Notes under the pieces: generated by a model | The model's database searches: none | Told to the model about the DNA's origin: nothing | What the model saw: only the letters and a program-made list of their open reading frames with translations | Translations under genes and position numbers: made by a program | Assembly (NCBI GenBank): GCA_046260155.1 | Contig: JBJYXV010000063.1 | Coordinates: 105,037-169,036, forward strand | Length of the DNA stretch: 64,000 nucleotides | Source: Anaerolineales bacterium | GTDB lineage: Bacteria > Chloroflexota > Anaerolineae > Anaerolineales > UBA4823 | Direction of reading: 5' to 3' | Shown here: one piece after another, positions 10,625 to 19,837 of the stretch | How the letters are laid out: the number at the start of each line of letters is the position of its first letter | How positions within the stretch are numbered: position 1 is the stretch's first letter

Positions 10625-11682
10625 TAGATTTGGGATTGGATCTCTGTAATGGGAATAATTCCAGAAGGGTTGATGGTGAATTGTATGTAATCCCCTTTCT
10701 CCGGAATCGTCTCAGTGGTGGGGAAATAGAATTTTAATTCACTATCCAGGGTGGAGATGATCACCTGATAGAGATTACCTTGAAATGTCTTCTCAATCAC
10801 TTTTCCATCTAAAATGAATCCATCCCCACCGTTGAGACTTGCAGCATCAGGACGGATTAGAAGGGATACCTGACCATTAAGTTCACCATCGAATGGTGTT
10901 CGACCAAGAGCGGACTCGATGTACGCCCGGCCAGTTCCTTCTTTAACAATCCCAGGTAATAAATTCGATAATCCAAGGAAGCGTGCTACGAAATTAGTTG
11001 CAGGATGGTGATAAATTTCCTCCGGGGTTCCTATTTGTTCGATTTTTCCAGCCTTCATCAATATCACCCGGTCAGCAATTGAAAATGCTTCTTCTTGATC
11101 GTGGGTGACATAAATCGCGGTTTGCTTCATTTCTCTAAGGATGCGTTTTATCTCAACAATGAGATACTCACTTAGGGCGCGATCGAGTGAACTCAGGGGT
11201 TCGTCTAACATTAATAATCCCGGCTGGGGAGCAATTGATCTTGCGAGAGCAACCCGCTGTTGCTCTCCCCCTGAGAGAGAGTTTACATCGCGTTCTTTCA
11301 TTCCCTCGAGCCCGACCAGGTTTAGAGTTTCTGAGACTTTATCCTGGATGTAGCCACGGTCTTTTTTTTGCATTTTTAAACCAAAGGCTACGTTTTCAAA
11401 AACATTCATATGAGGGAAAAGTACATCTTCCTGGAACATCAATCCAAATCCACGCCGGTGAGGGGGAATATCATTAATTCGAGCGCCCCGCCAGAAAATA
11501 TCACCATGATCCGTAGATTCTATCCCCGCGATGATCGACAGCAAGGTTGACTTTCCACATCCGCTTGGTCCCAGGAGCGCGATAATCTCCTCAGGCTTAA
11601 GATCAAAAGTGATATCCGAAAGGACCTTTTTTTCCTGGAATGATTTTTCTAAGTCCTTAATCTTGAGAACCGGTGGAAACAT
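10624..11682 (-). CDS. Thiamine ABC transporter ATPase (ThiQ role; FbpC/PotA-like with TOBE)
   Basis: GPSGCGKS, LSGGEQQR, LDEP; riboswitch operon context. Confidence 0.9.
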   Translation of the reverse strand: MFPPVLKIKDLEKSFQEKKVLSDITFDLKPEEIIALLGPSGCGKSTLLSIIAGIESTDHGDIFWRGARINDIPPHRRGFGLMFQEDVLFPHMNVFENVAFGLKMQKKDRGYIQDKVSETLNLVGLEGMKERDVNSLSGGEQQRVALARSIAPQPGLLMLDEPLSSLDRALSEYLIVEIKRILREMKQTAIYVTHDQEEAFSIADRVILMKAGKIEQIGTPEEIYHHPATNFVARFLGLSNLLPGIVKEGTGRAYIESALGRTPFDGELNGQVSLLIRPDAASLNGGDGFILDGKVIEKTFQGNLYQVIISTLDSELKFYFPTTETIPEKGDYIQFTINPSGIIPITEIQSQI

Positions 11683-11729
11683 AGGGTTATGGACCTGTAT
11701 CCTCGGGTGGAAATAGATTAATTTATCGT

Positions 11730-13457
11730 TTAAAACTCACCGATTTGAGCTATTCGCAACCGTTCAATGATGATTATCCCTGCTGCAGCTACTGCCATTA
11801 GAATTGTACTCAGTGCCATTGCCTGGCCATAATTCGTCGCGCCTGGCTGTGAAATAAACCGGTAAATCATCAACGGTATGGTGGGATATTCTGGGCGAGC
11901 AATTAAAGCGGTGGCACCGAATTCTCCCAATGAGATGGTGAAGGCGAATGTTCCGGCGATGATAATTGCTCTCCCCACCAGCGGTAAATCCACAGCATGA
12001 AAAACCTGGAATGGAGATGCACCCAGAATCCCTGCAGCCTGCCGGAGGCGTGGGTTAATACTGCGCAGAGAGGGGGTGAGACTTCTCACCACGAATGGAA
12101 AGGCGACCAGGGTATGCGCTAAAGGGATCAAAATAGGCGAAGCCCGGAGGTTCAATGGTGGCAGGTTTAAAGCCACGATGAAGCCAAGACCCATTGTTAC
12201 TGCAGACGTACCCAGTGGTAGCATCAGAACAGGATCGAGCAGGCGGTTGAAGAATGAGTCGGAATAGCGAGTCAGTGCCCAGGATGCTGGCATGCCAATT
12301 GCCAAGGTGAGGATCACTGCTATTGACGCATAGACTAAGGAATTGCGAACAGCGATTAAGGGAGGGACAAAGAAAAACGATTCACGACGGTTAATCGAAA
12401 GCTGGCGGTAATTATCAAGCGTGAATCCAACAGAACGAGAAGTCCGTTCACCGCGTCCTAGGCCCGGGTTGGTGAAAGATTTTATGGAGAGCGCCAATAA
12501 TGGTGAAATTAGCAGGGAGAATAGAAAAAGAATAAGGATGCCCGCAAAAAGCCGTTGTCTCCAGGTTGTGATCCGTTTCTGAGTAAAACTACGTGCTCGC
12601 AGCTGGATCGGTTGGGACATGCTGCGGTTTAAATGAGTATAAATGACCGTCATTACCAGGGTAGAAGTCAACTGCAGGATCGAAAGCACCGCAGCCAAGG
12701 GCAAATTAAAGAAGCTGATCGTTTGGTTGTAAATTTCCACCTCTAAGTTGGCAAATTTTGGTCCACCGAGAATTAAAATCACGCCAAAAGATGTGAAATT
12801 GAAAATAAATACCAGCAAGGCTGCTGCAGTAATTGCCTGACCTAAGATTGGTAATGTGACTTTGAAGAAGGCGGTTATGGGGGTGGCACCTAAAGTTCTG
12901 GCAGCTTGGTCCAGCCGGGGGTCAATATGTGACCAGAAATCACCGACCATGCGAAGGATTATGGTCGTATTATAAAAAATGTGGGCGAGCAGTATGGCAT
13001 AGATGGTATTTGTGAATTGAATTGGGGGTGCTTCCAGGCTAAATATCTGTACTAGGGCGTTATTGACGAATCCGGTTGGACCCAACAATGCATAAAAGGC
13101 AGCTGCTACGACAACGGTTGGCAGTACAAAGGGAATGACAGTCAGCGCCTGGAGAATTGATTTGCCTCGAAAATTAAAGCGAGCAAAGAGATACGCTCCA
13201 GGTAATCCAATGGCTAAGCATAATAATGTAGAAAGAGCTGCTTGCCAGATCGTGAACCAAAATACTTGGCGAATGGATGGTGAATTAAGAGCTTCGAGAA
13301 AGGGTGTGAGAATGCCTGAACTTTGCCGTTCAAAACTAAGTTTTAGGATACTCGAAAGTGGGTAAAAGTAGAAAATGAACAGGAATGTGAGCGGCAATAA
13401 CCATAATAAACCAAGCGGAACAATCCGTCTTAAGTAACTATTCCAAATCTGAAGCAT
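11730..13457 (-). CDS. thiP: Thiamine ABC transporter permease
   Basis: Duplicated permease with two AA..LGA (EAA-like) loops; FTIWQA, SLGEFGAT; context. Confidence 0.88.
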   Translation of the reverse strand: MLQIWNSYLRRIVPLGLLWLLPLTFLFIFYFYPLSSILKLSFERQSSGILTPFLEALNSPSIRQVFWFTIWQAALSTLLCLAIGLPGAYLFARFNFRGKSILQALTVIPFVLPTVVVAAAFYALLGPTGFVNNALVQIFSLEAPPIQFTNTIYAILLAHIFYNTTIILRMVGDFWSHIDPRLDQAARTLGATPITAFFKVTLPILGQAITAAALLVFIFNFTSFGVILILGGPKFANLEVEIYNQTISFFNLPLAAVLSILQLTSTLVMTVIYTHLNRSMSQPIQLRARSFTQKRITTWRQRLFAGILILFLFSLLISPLLALSIKSFTNPGLGRGERTSRSVGFTLDNYRQLSINRRESFFFVPPLIAVRNSLVYASIAVILTLAIGMPASWALTRYSDSFFNRLLDPVLMLPLGTSAVTMGLGFIVALNLPPLNLRASPILIPLAHTLVAFPFVVRSLTPSLRSINPRLRQAAGILGASPFQVFHAVDLPLVGRAIIIAGTFAFTISLGEFGATALIARPEYPTIPLMIYRFISQPGATNYGQAMALSTILMAVAAAGIIIIERLRIAQIGEF

Positions 13458-13467
13458 GCTGATTAGG

Positions 13468-14538
13468 CTACCTTAATACCAGCTGGGTCCATTGATTGAT
13501 CCACTCTTCACGGAATTCTGCGATATCCTCGGAACTGACGATTGCCGGATGCTCTGGAATAGCCAGATGCTCAGTAAATACTTGATCAAGCACAGCCTGC
13601 TCATTAACCGGAAAAACAAACATCTGCAGTGGTATATCTTCCTGAAATTCAGGTGAAAGCATGAAATCAATCCATTGTTCCGCTAGAGCTCGATTCTGGG
13701 TACCTTTCAGGATGCCAACAAATTCAATTTGCCTGAAACAGTCACCATCACCAACGATTGCTGCGGTTGGGGGTTCTGAATCAGGCGTAGCGGAATAAAT
13801 AACCTCAAATGCAGGGCTGGAACTATAGGATACAGCCAGGGGGCGCTGCCCTCCAGAGATACTAAATTCCTGGTTATAAGCAACTTCCCAATCATTTACT
13901 ACGAGGACATGATTGTTGACGAGTCCCTGCCAGTAATTTAAATACCCTGGGTCTCCATACCGACCTATCGTGGTCAGCAGGAAAGCCAGACCTGGTGAAG
14001 AGGTAGCTGGGTTTTCCACCACCAGCATATCGCTGAACCCGGGATCAAGCAGATCATCAAGGGATTGCGGCACGGGGAGATTGTGTTTCTGGAAATAACC
14101 CCGGTCATAATTAATGCAAACATCTCCATAATCTACTGGCAGAACACGATATTTTGAATCCAGCTCAAAATTATCGTCAATTGCGGATAGCCATGGGGAG
14201 GGGTAGGATTCAAAAATATCTTTCTGCAGCGCTCTGCTGAGGAAAGTATTATCGACTCCGTACAGCACATCTGCCAAAGGATTATCTTTAGTGAGAATTG
14301 CCTTGTTAATCGTGGTCCCGGCATCCCCAGATTTGAGAAATCGAACTTCGACGCCGTGATCGGTCTGGAACTTCTCGAGCAGCTGTTCTGAAATCGAAAA
14401 TGAATCATGGGTCATTACCGTTAGGGTGCGGGCCTCGTCTCCCTGGTTAGTGTAGATGTTAGATTCTGACTCGCAGGCTGAGAGTGTCAAAGCGCTCAAG
14501 ACAATTACTATTAATTGGATTGAACTTGTTATTTTCAT
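13468..14538 (-). CDS. thiB: Thiamine ABC transporter substrate-binding lipoprotein (ThiB/TbpA)
   Basis: LSAC lipobox, THDSF, GVDNT, NPATSSPGLAF, SYSSSP, FRQIEF; start may be 14562. Confidence 0.92.
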   Translation of the reverse strand: MKITSSIQLIVIVLSALTLSACESESNIYTNQGDEARTLTVMTHDSFSISEQLLEKFQTDHGVEVRFLKSGDAGTTINKAILTKDNPLADVLYGVDNTFLSRALQKDIFESYPSPWLSAIDDNFELDSKYRVLPVDYGDVCINYDRGYFQKHNLPVPQSLDDLLDPGFSDMLVVENPATSSPGLAFLLTTIGRYGDPGYLNYWQGLVNNHVLVVNDWEVAYNQEFSISGGQRPLAVSYSSSPAFEVIYSATPDSEPPTAAIVGDGDCFRQIEFVGILKGTQNRALAEQWIDFMLSPEFQEDIPLQMFVFPVNEQAVLDQVFTEHLAIPEHPAIVSSEDIAEFREEWINQWTQLVLR

Positions 14539-14542
14539 TACC

Positions 14543-15205
14543 TTATTCCTGGCGAGTGACATTCACCATCTCCCGATGGACCAAAAGCAAGGTTCCAACT
14601 CCAATTTTTACCTGTCCAGAGTGCTCAAGCAACTCATTAGAAACACTGAGCGTACTGCCTATGCTGAGAACTGCTCCATCTAGTTTCCAGCGCAATCCCT
14701 CTGTTGAAACACCTCGTACTTTTTCGGAAAGGGGAATCAGGGAGATAATATCTCCAGGATTTCCTGTAAAAGAAATTGTGTTCCCATTTCTAAGCACATA
14801 GGCGATATCAGGTTCATCAACAACCACCAGGGATAATGGTTCCCAATCATCCCTGGCCAATAACAGTAGGTTGGACAGGCTGAGATCGAGTCGACCTCCA
14901 AGAACACCGTAGAAATGAACCTCATTTACTCTTTGCTGGTAAGCGAAGCTGAGCGCTAATTCTAAGTCGGTTTGATCTTTATCCTTTGGATAGATGATAA
15001 ATTTTACTTCCCGATCCTTCAATAAGTTGTGTAATTCATCTGAGATTGAATCCAAATCACCGATGACAACTGCTGGAGTGATATTTAACTCGTGGCAGTG
15101 ATTCGCACCCCCATCCGCTGCAATTATTAAATCACCATCCCGCAGATTGGATTGAATCCTTGAAGGATTTTTTATTATTCCATTTGCAAAAATTAATGCC
15201 CGCAA
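14543..15205 (-). CDS. thiN: Thiamine diphosphokinase
   Basis: IAADGGA, GDLDS, KDQTDLELAL, GGRLD, GL.W.L, SN; TTG start. Confidence 0.93.
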   Translation of the reverse strand: MRALIFANGIIKNPSRIQSNLRDGDLIIAADGGANHCHELNITPAVVIGDLDSISDELHNLLKDREVKFIIYPKDKDQTDLELALSFAYQQRVNEVHFYGVLGGRLDLSLSNLLLLARDDWEPLSLVVVDEPDIAYVLRNGNTISFTGNPGDIISLIPLSEKVRGVSTEGLRWKLDGAVLSIGSTLSVSNELLEHSGQVKIGVGTLLLVHREMVNVTRQE

Positions 15206-15238
15206 AAAAACCTCCTTCTGGGCGGAGGAGGTTTCTTT
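15203..15238 (-). terminator. Riboswitch expression platform: terminator hairpin that also contains the thiN SD
   Basis: Minus strand AAACCTCCT-ccgcccaga-AGGAGGTTT followed by a U-run. Confidence 0.8.
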
Positions 15239-15252
15239 ATTGATTTCTTAAT

Positions 15253-15342
15253 GCATTCCCTCCGCCGGTATGATCCGGATCAGGTTCGTGGGTCGAGAGC
15301 TTCTCGCTCTCCTCTCAGTCTGGAATTTCAGACTCCCCAAGC
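15253..15342 (-). promoter_or_regulatory. TPP riboswitch (THI box)
   Basis: Minus strand GGGGAGTC...GACTGAGA...GACCC.CGAACCTGATCCGGATCATACCGGCGGAGGGA consensus upstream of thiamine genes. Confidence 0.96.
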
Positions 15343-15362
15343 AAAGCGTATTCGTTTATTAG

Positions 15363-15391
15363 AGTATAAGCTGGCTCAATCGCGTTGTCAA
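15363..15391 (-). promoter_or_regulatory. Sigma70 promoter of the thi operon
   Basis: TTGACA-17 nt-TATACT on the minus strand. Confidence 0.85.
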
Positions 15392-15398
15392 GAAATAC

Positions 15399-16187
15399 TC
15401 AACGCACTTTTCTTCTCCAAATTTCTTTCACCGCCATTTGACTGGGATCATCCCCGGGAGGTAGGTTAATAAAATCAGTAAGCAAACGATTAAATTTTCC
15501 TGGCTCATCAAGCATTGGATAATGACCAGATCCTTCGAATAATTGGAAATTTGAAAGTCCGGGTAATAAATTGAATTGCTCAACTCCAGGACTACCGATT
15601 GCCCGATCATTTTTTCCGTATACCCATAAGGAAGGTACCGATAATCGATTGATCAATTGGCGCCAATCAACCTCCCTGAATTCATCAAGAGATTTCGAGA
15701 TCGCACTCTGATCGGCTTTTTCCGCATCCTCCTGAGAATTTCTGAACATTGGATCATTACCAAACAACCAACTTGCAGAGTCAACCGGAGACTGGGATGC
15801 TAACCGTGAATCCGTAGTTTGTATTCCCATGGGAAAACTTACGACCATCATTCTCTCAACAATATTTGTGAAATCAGCTGCGAAATATATGCCGATGATA
15901 CTGCCCAAACCATGGCCCACAAGGGTTATCCTGTTTATACCCATTTGCCTGATAAAACCGGCGAGGAGGTCAACCTGGCGTTCTAGGGAATATCTAATAG
16001 CATTTTTATTACTTGCGCCAAAACCCCAAAAATCGATCGCATAGGCGCGAAATCTGGAGGAGGTAAATTGCATACTTGGAACCCAGTACCGCCAGGAACC
16101 AATCCAGCTATGTAAAAAAATTACTGGTTTTCCATGACCTAACACTTCATAATGGACGAGCCCATCATCATGAATTATCGCACTCAT
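15399..16187 (-). CDS. Alpha/beta hydrolase fold protein lacking the nucleophile Ser
   Basis: DFWGFG, elbow GHGLG, GxxD, GHYPM. Confidence 0.88.
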   Translation of the reverse strand: MSAIIHDDGLVHYEVLGHGKPVIFLHSWIGSWRYWVPSMQFTSSRFRAYAIDFWGFGASNKNAIRYSLERQVDLLAGFIRQMGINRITLVGHGLGSIIGIYFAADFTNIVERMMVVSFPMGIQTTDSRLASQSPVDSASWLFGNDPMFRNSQEDAEKADQSAISKSLDEFREVDWRQLINRLSVPSLWVYGKNDRAIGSPGVEQFNLLPGLSNFQLFEGSGHYPMLDEPGKFNRLLTDFINLPPGDDPSQMAVKEIWRRKVR

Positions 16188-16224
16188 AGCGTCTATTTAA
16201 TACCCGCCACCAAAATCAGCACAA

Positions 16225-16620
16225 TCATAGAGAGATTAAATTCTCTCCATCAGATTGGTTGTTGAGTATCTCAAGTAAACGGTTAAGCAGTTGATCTGGT
16301 GCAAATGGTTTCAGGATGTAGTCAACAGCTCCAGAATCGTAGCCATTCTTTATCTCAGACTCCTGTCCTTTTGCCGAGAGAAATACCACCGGGATATGTT
16401 TTGTTTCCTGGTTCGATTTTATCTTTATACAAACCTCGTATCCTGACATGCCTGGCATACGAACATCCAGCAATGCAAGATTCGGCTGTTCTCTCTTGGT
16501 CATTTCCCACGCCTCGGATCCATTCGAAGCTGAGATCACCTCGTATCCACCGTATTGAAGTGTAAATTGGATCAACTCTAAGATATCGCGTTCATCCTCA
16601 GCGATTAATATCTTGAACAT
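16225..16620 (-). CDS. Single-domain response regulator
   Basis: ILIAEDE, LLDVRMP, LSAK, KPF; GAGG before ATG 16620. Confidence 0.93.
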   Translation of the reverse strand: MFKILIAEDERDILELIQFTLQYGGYEVISASNGSEAWEMTKREQPNLALLDVRMPGMSGYEVCIKIKSNQETKHIPVVFLSAKGQESEIKNGYDSGAVDYILKPFAPDQLLNRLLEILNNQSDGENLISL

Positions 16621-18895
16621 ATTCCTCGCGCATATTGATGGCATGTTTAGAATGATCATAGATTGGTAGGGTGAATGAAAATGTACTGCCTTCACCTTCA
16701 ATACCGCTGGATTGAACCCAAACGCGACCATGGTGCATATTGATCAGCTTGGCAACGATGCTCAAGCCTAATCCAGTTCCTGCAGTAGCGATAACCATGT
16801 GGTTATCACCTCGGTAGAAGCGGTCGAATATCCTTTCCTGTTCTTTCGGGGGGATTCCGACGCCATTATCGTTAATATCAATTTGAATTTCTTCTCCAAC
16901 CCGAAAGGCAATCAGGTTCACCTCTCCATTTTCCAGAGTATAGTGGAATGCGTTACCCAGTAAATTGATCAAGATTTGGCGAATTCGCTCAGGATCACCA
17001 TTGATGGGTGGTAAATCATTAGGTATCTGGATATTGAATTGCATGGATTTATTCTCGGCAACGGTCAATCGATTAATTTCCAGCATTACATCATCAACAA
17101 TCTCCTTAACATCCAGGGAGCGTTTGACCAAGCTGACCTGGCCCGCCTCAATGCGGGATAGGTCCAGAAGATCATTCACCAGGATGGTTAACCGTTCTGT
17201 ATTTTGTTGGACGACTTCAAGGAATTTCTTTTGCTGTTCTGATAACACTCCCGCCACCCCCATCAGCAAAATATCTACATAGCCTTTAATGGAAGTCATC
17301 GGAGTACGCAATTCGTGGCTTACTGTAGCCACAAATTCGGATTTCAAACGATCGATCTCGATTAGATGGGTGATATCTCTAAAAACTGAGACAGTACCAA
17401 AGAATTCACCATTGTTGATAACAGGAGCCAGGTTGACGGATAGCACATTGCCATTCTCCAATCCAACCTGTTCGGTAAATGTTTTAAGCGGATTGATCGC
17501 ATCAGGATTCTGGGTCCAGTCATTAATCATATCCATCCAAGTTAATGCGACATCTTCGAACAACTCACTGAAGTGCTGAATAGGTCTTCCGACAAGTTCA
17601 GCTCTTTTCATTCCAAGCATGTTCTCTGCTGAATGGTTGAAGAGAGTGATCTCTCCATCTTGATCCGTGACCAGCACACCATCAGCAATCGCTTCGAGGA
17701 TAGACCGCGATCGACTCGTTTCTACCCTTTGATCCCTGAGTAATGCACCTAATTCCTCCTTTTGGTTGAGGGTAAGATGAAAAAGCTCTGCGTTCTTGAT
17801 TGCCACTGCCATCTGATTTGCCGCAGCTTGAATTAAATCGAGTTGCGCTTCGGAAAATTTCCCGGTCTCTGGATAATAGAGCAGCAAAACCCCGAGCAAT
17901 TGGTCACCCATGATGATGGGAGCACCTACAGCACTGCGGTGGTGATACCAATTGTTCGGGAGTTGGATCCAGCGATCATCCTCCAGGACATCCTTGATCA
18001 ATACTGACTTTCTATTTGCGATAATCCATCCGACCAGTCCCTGGTTAATATTTAACGCAGACTGCATACCACCGGGAGGCAGTGGATTCGAGTACCCGAC
18101 AGTTGCTAAATGGCGTAATTTTCTATTGTCCGATTGAAGCACCATGCAGGTAGCGTGACTCGCACCAATAACTTCATTAAGGACTTCTAAAGTCCGTTGA
18201 AGGATTTTTTCAAAATCCAGGCTTGAAGATAATTCTGTCATGATGCGCAATAATGTCTCAGTGCGCTGGTGTTCCTGACTCAGCTGTTTTGTCTTGAGCT
18301 GGTATTTTTTATCAAGTTCATTCGTCAAGCTTGAAGTCGGAATTCTCCTCGAATCCAAATTAATATCAAGTTGATCCTCTACTCCAGTAATGGTTGGAGA
18401 ATAGACGGTACCACGAATGAGGCTGGCTGCTGGTTCTTTGGAATAGAATTTGTTATTGGTTTGAGAGTTATTCCCCTTATCTTGGAATGTCACTAACATG
18501 TGGGGGTATGAATTATGAGGAACTTTATATGATTTTCCTTCGATTAATCTATCCCCAACATTCAACCGTGCTTTTCCTTCCTGCGAACATAAGGCAAAAA
18601 ATGACTCTTTTGGAGTCAGCAGGGATGCGAACAATTCTAAGCTGGTTTTATCACCATTCAAATTGAAGAATTCCTTGATGCTAGGACTTGAATACGCAAT
18701 CTTCCCACCCTGCGTTACCAGGAAATATGCTTCATAATGGTTTGGTAAGTGGAGGGGAAGCTGAATACTTCGCAAGTGGATTGAATTTTGGCTGGTTTTC
18801 CGGAAATAATCAATAAATTGGGAAACCAGGAAATACCCAAGCATCCCCGAAAAGAGCAGTATTGCACTTAAACTCAAGCCATTTAACTCGATCAT
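16598..18895 (-). CDS. Sensor histidine kinase (TM-GAF-PAS-HisKA-HATPase)
   Basis: SHELRTP, NLLGNA, DNGVG, GTGLGL; GAF and PAS segments. Confidence 0.94.
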   Translation of the reverse strand: MIELNGLSLSAILLFSGMLGYFLVSQFIDYFRKTSQNSIHLRSIQLPLHLPNHYEAYFLVTQGGKIAYSSPSIKEFFNLNGDKTSLELFASLLTPKESFFALCSQEGKARLNVGDRLIEGKSYKVPHNSYPHMLVTFQDKGNNSQTNNKFYSKEPAASLIRGTVYSPTITGVEDQLDINLDSRRIPTSSLTNELDKKYQLKTKQLSQEHQRTETLLRIMTELSSSLDFEKILQRTLEVLNEVIGASHATCMVLQSDNRKLRHLATVGYSNPLPPGGMQSALNINQGLVGWIIANRKSVLIKDVLEDDRWIQLPNNWYHHRSAVGAPIIMGDQLLGVLLLYYPETGKFSEAQLDLIQAAANQMAVAIKNAELFHLTLNQKEELGALLRDQRVETSRSRSILEAIADGVLVTDQDGEITLFNHSAENMLGMKRAELVGRPIQHFSELFEDVALTWMDMINDWTQNPDAINPLKTFTEQVGLENGNVLSVNLAPVINNGEFFGTVSVFRDITHLIEIDRLKSEFVATVSHELRTPMTSIKGYVDILLMGVAGVLSEQQKKFLEVVQQNTERLTILVNDLLDLSRIEAGQVSLVKRSLDVKEIVDDVMLEINRLTVAENKSMQFNIQIPNDLPPINGDPERIRQILINLLGNAFHYTLENGEVNLIAFRVGEEIQIDINDNGVGIPPKEQERIFDRFYRGDNHMVIATAGTGLGLSIVAKLINMHHGRVWVQSSGIEGEGSTFSFTLPIYDHSKHAINMREEYVQDINR

Positions 18896-18898
18896 TTG

Positions 18899-19789
18899 CT
18901 AGGTAGTATCACGCCTGCGCGCATCGGCTGCCATCTCGGTAATCTCCCGGATATCGGTAAATTCATTGTTCGAAGAAGTGACAACACCAATTTTCATGGA
19001 GATGATGGGGCTTTGACTCGAAGCACCTCCATTACCTGAATATTCGATGTAACCCTTCTGTCGATCCAGGTAGTTATAATGAGTCAATATTTCTTCGGAA
19101 AAACGAGCAAGTAAACTCTTTTTAATCAAAGGTGCACATTCTTCGGTCGTGAAGATCACAAAATGATCATTCCCGGTATGTCCCACAAAATCATTGATTG
19201 TGCCATATTCATCGACAATCTCCCCGATCAACATTGCAGTAAAGCGCAATATATTATCACTGGCGACAAATCCATAGGCTTCCTTGAAGGCGTCAAAATG
19301 ATCAAGGCGGATATCAAAGAACGACCAGCCATCCGTATGAATGGTTTGCCGCAGGTGATCTTCGATTAATCGACCGGAAGGCAGGTTTGTGTGCGGTTCT
19401 GTAAGACTTTCGCGCTCCGAGCGGGCAATGGCGTTATAGACTTTGAGCCTCAGCTCTTCAATATCAAAAGGTTTTGTGATGTAATCATCCGCTCCCAGTT
19501 CTAGCCCCTGCAATTTATCGCTGCGTTCATCTTTTTGGGTTAGGAAGATCACCGGTATATGGCTGGTGCGGGTATGGGTGCGCAATGTCCTGCAAACTTC
19601 ATAGCCGTCAATATCCGGGAGCATGATATCCAAAATAATGATGTGCGGTAATCTTTGGCGGGTTTTTTCCAATGCCTCCGAGCCGCGCACGGCAATATCA
19701 ACTTCATAATGGAGGCCGCCGAAGTAAATCTCCAGCATGTTGGCAATATCGATATCATCTTCTACAATCAGTAGTCGTGATTTAGCCAT
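18899..19789 (-). CDS. Response regulator with degenerate GGDEF-like output domain
   Basis: REC (VEDD, LDIMLP, KPF) plus TNLPS...YGF...GHTGNDHF. Confidence 0.88.
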   Translation of the reverse strand: MAKSRLLIVEDDIDIANMLEIYFGGLHYEVDIAVRGSEALEKTRQRLPHIIILDIMLPDIDGYEVCRTLRTHTRTSHIPVIFLTQKDERSDKLQGLELGADDYITKPFDIEELRLKVYNAIARSERESLTEPHTNLPSGRLIEDHLRQTIHTDGWSFFDIRLDHFDAFKEAYGFVASDNILRFTAMLIGEIVDEYGTINDFVGHTGNDHFVIFTTEECAPLIKKSLLARFSEEILTHYNYLDRQKGYIEYSGNGGASSQSPIISMKIGVVTSSNNEFTDIREITEMAADARRRDTT

Positions 19790-19837
19790 CTCCAACTCCC
19801 TTGCGAACTAGTTAATCATCAGCTGTTAAACGGGGTG

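Noticed and set aside
15251-15469. 72-aa plus-strand ORF
   Set aside because: Antisense to the TPP riboswitch and its promoter; no recognisable protein features.
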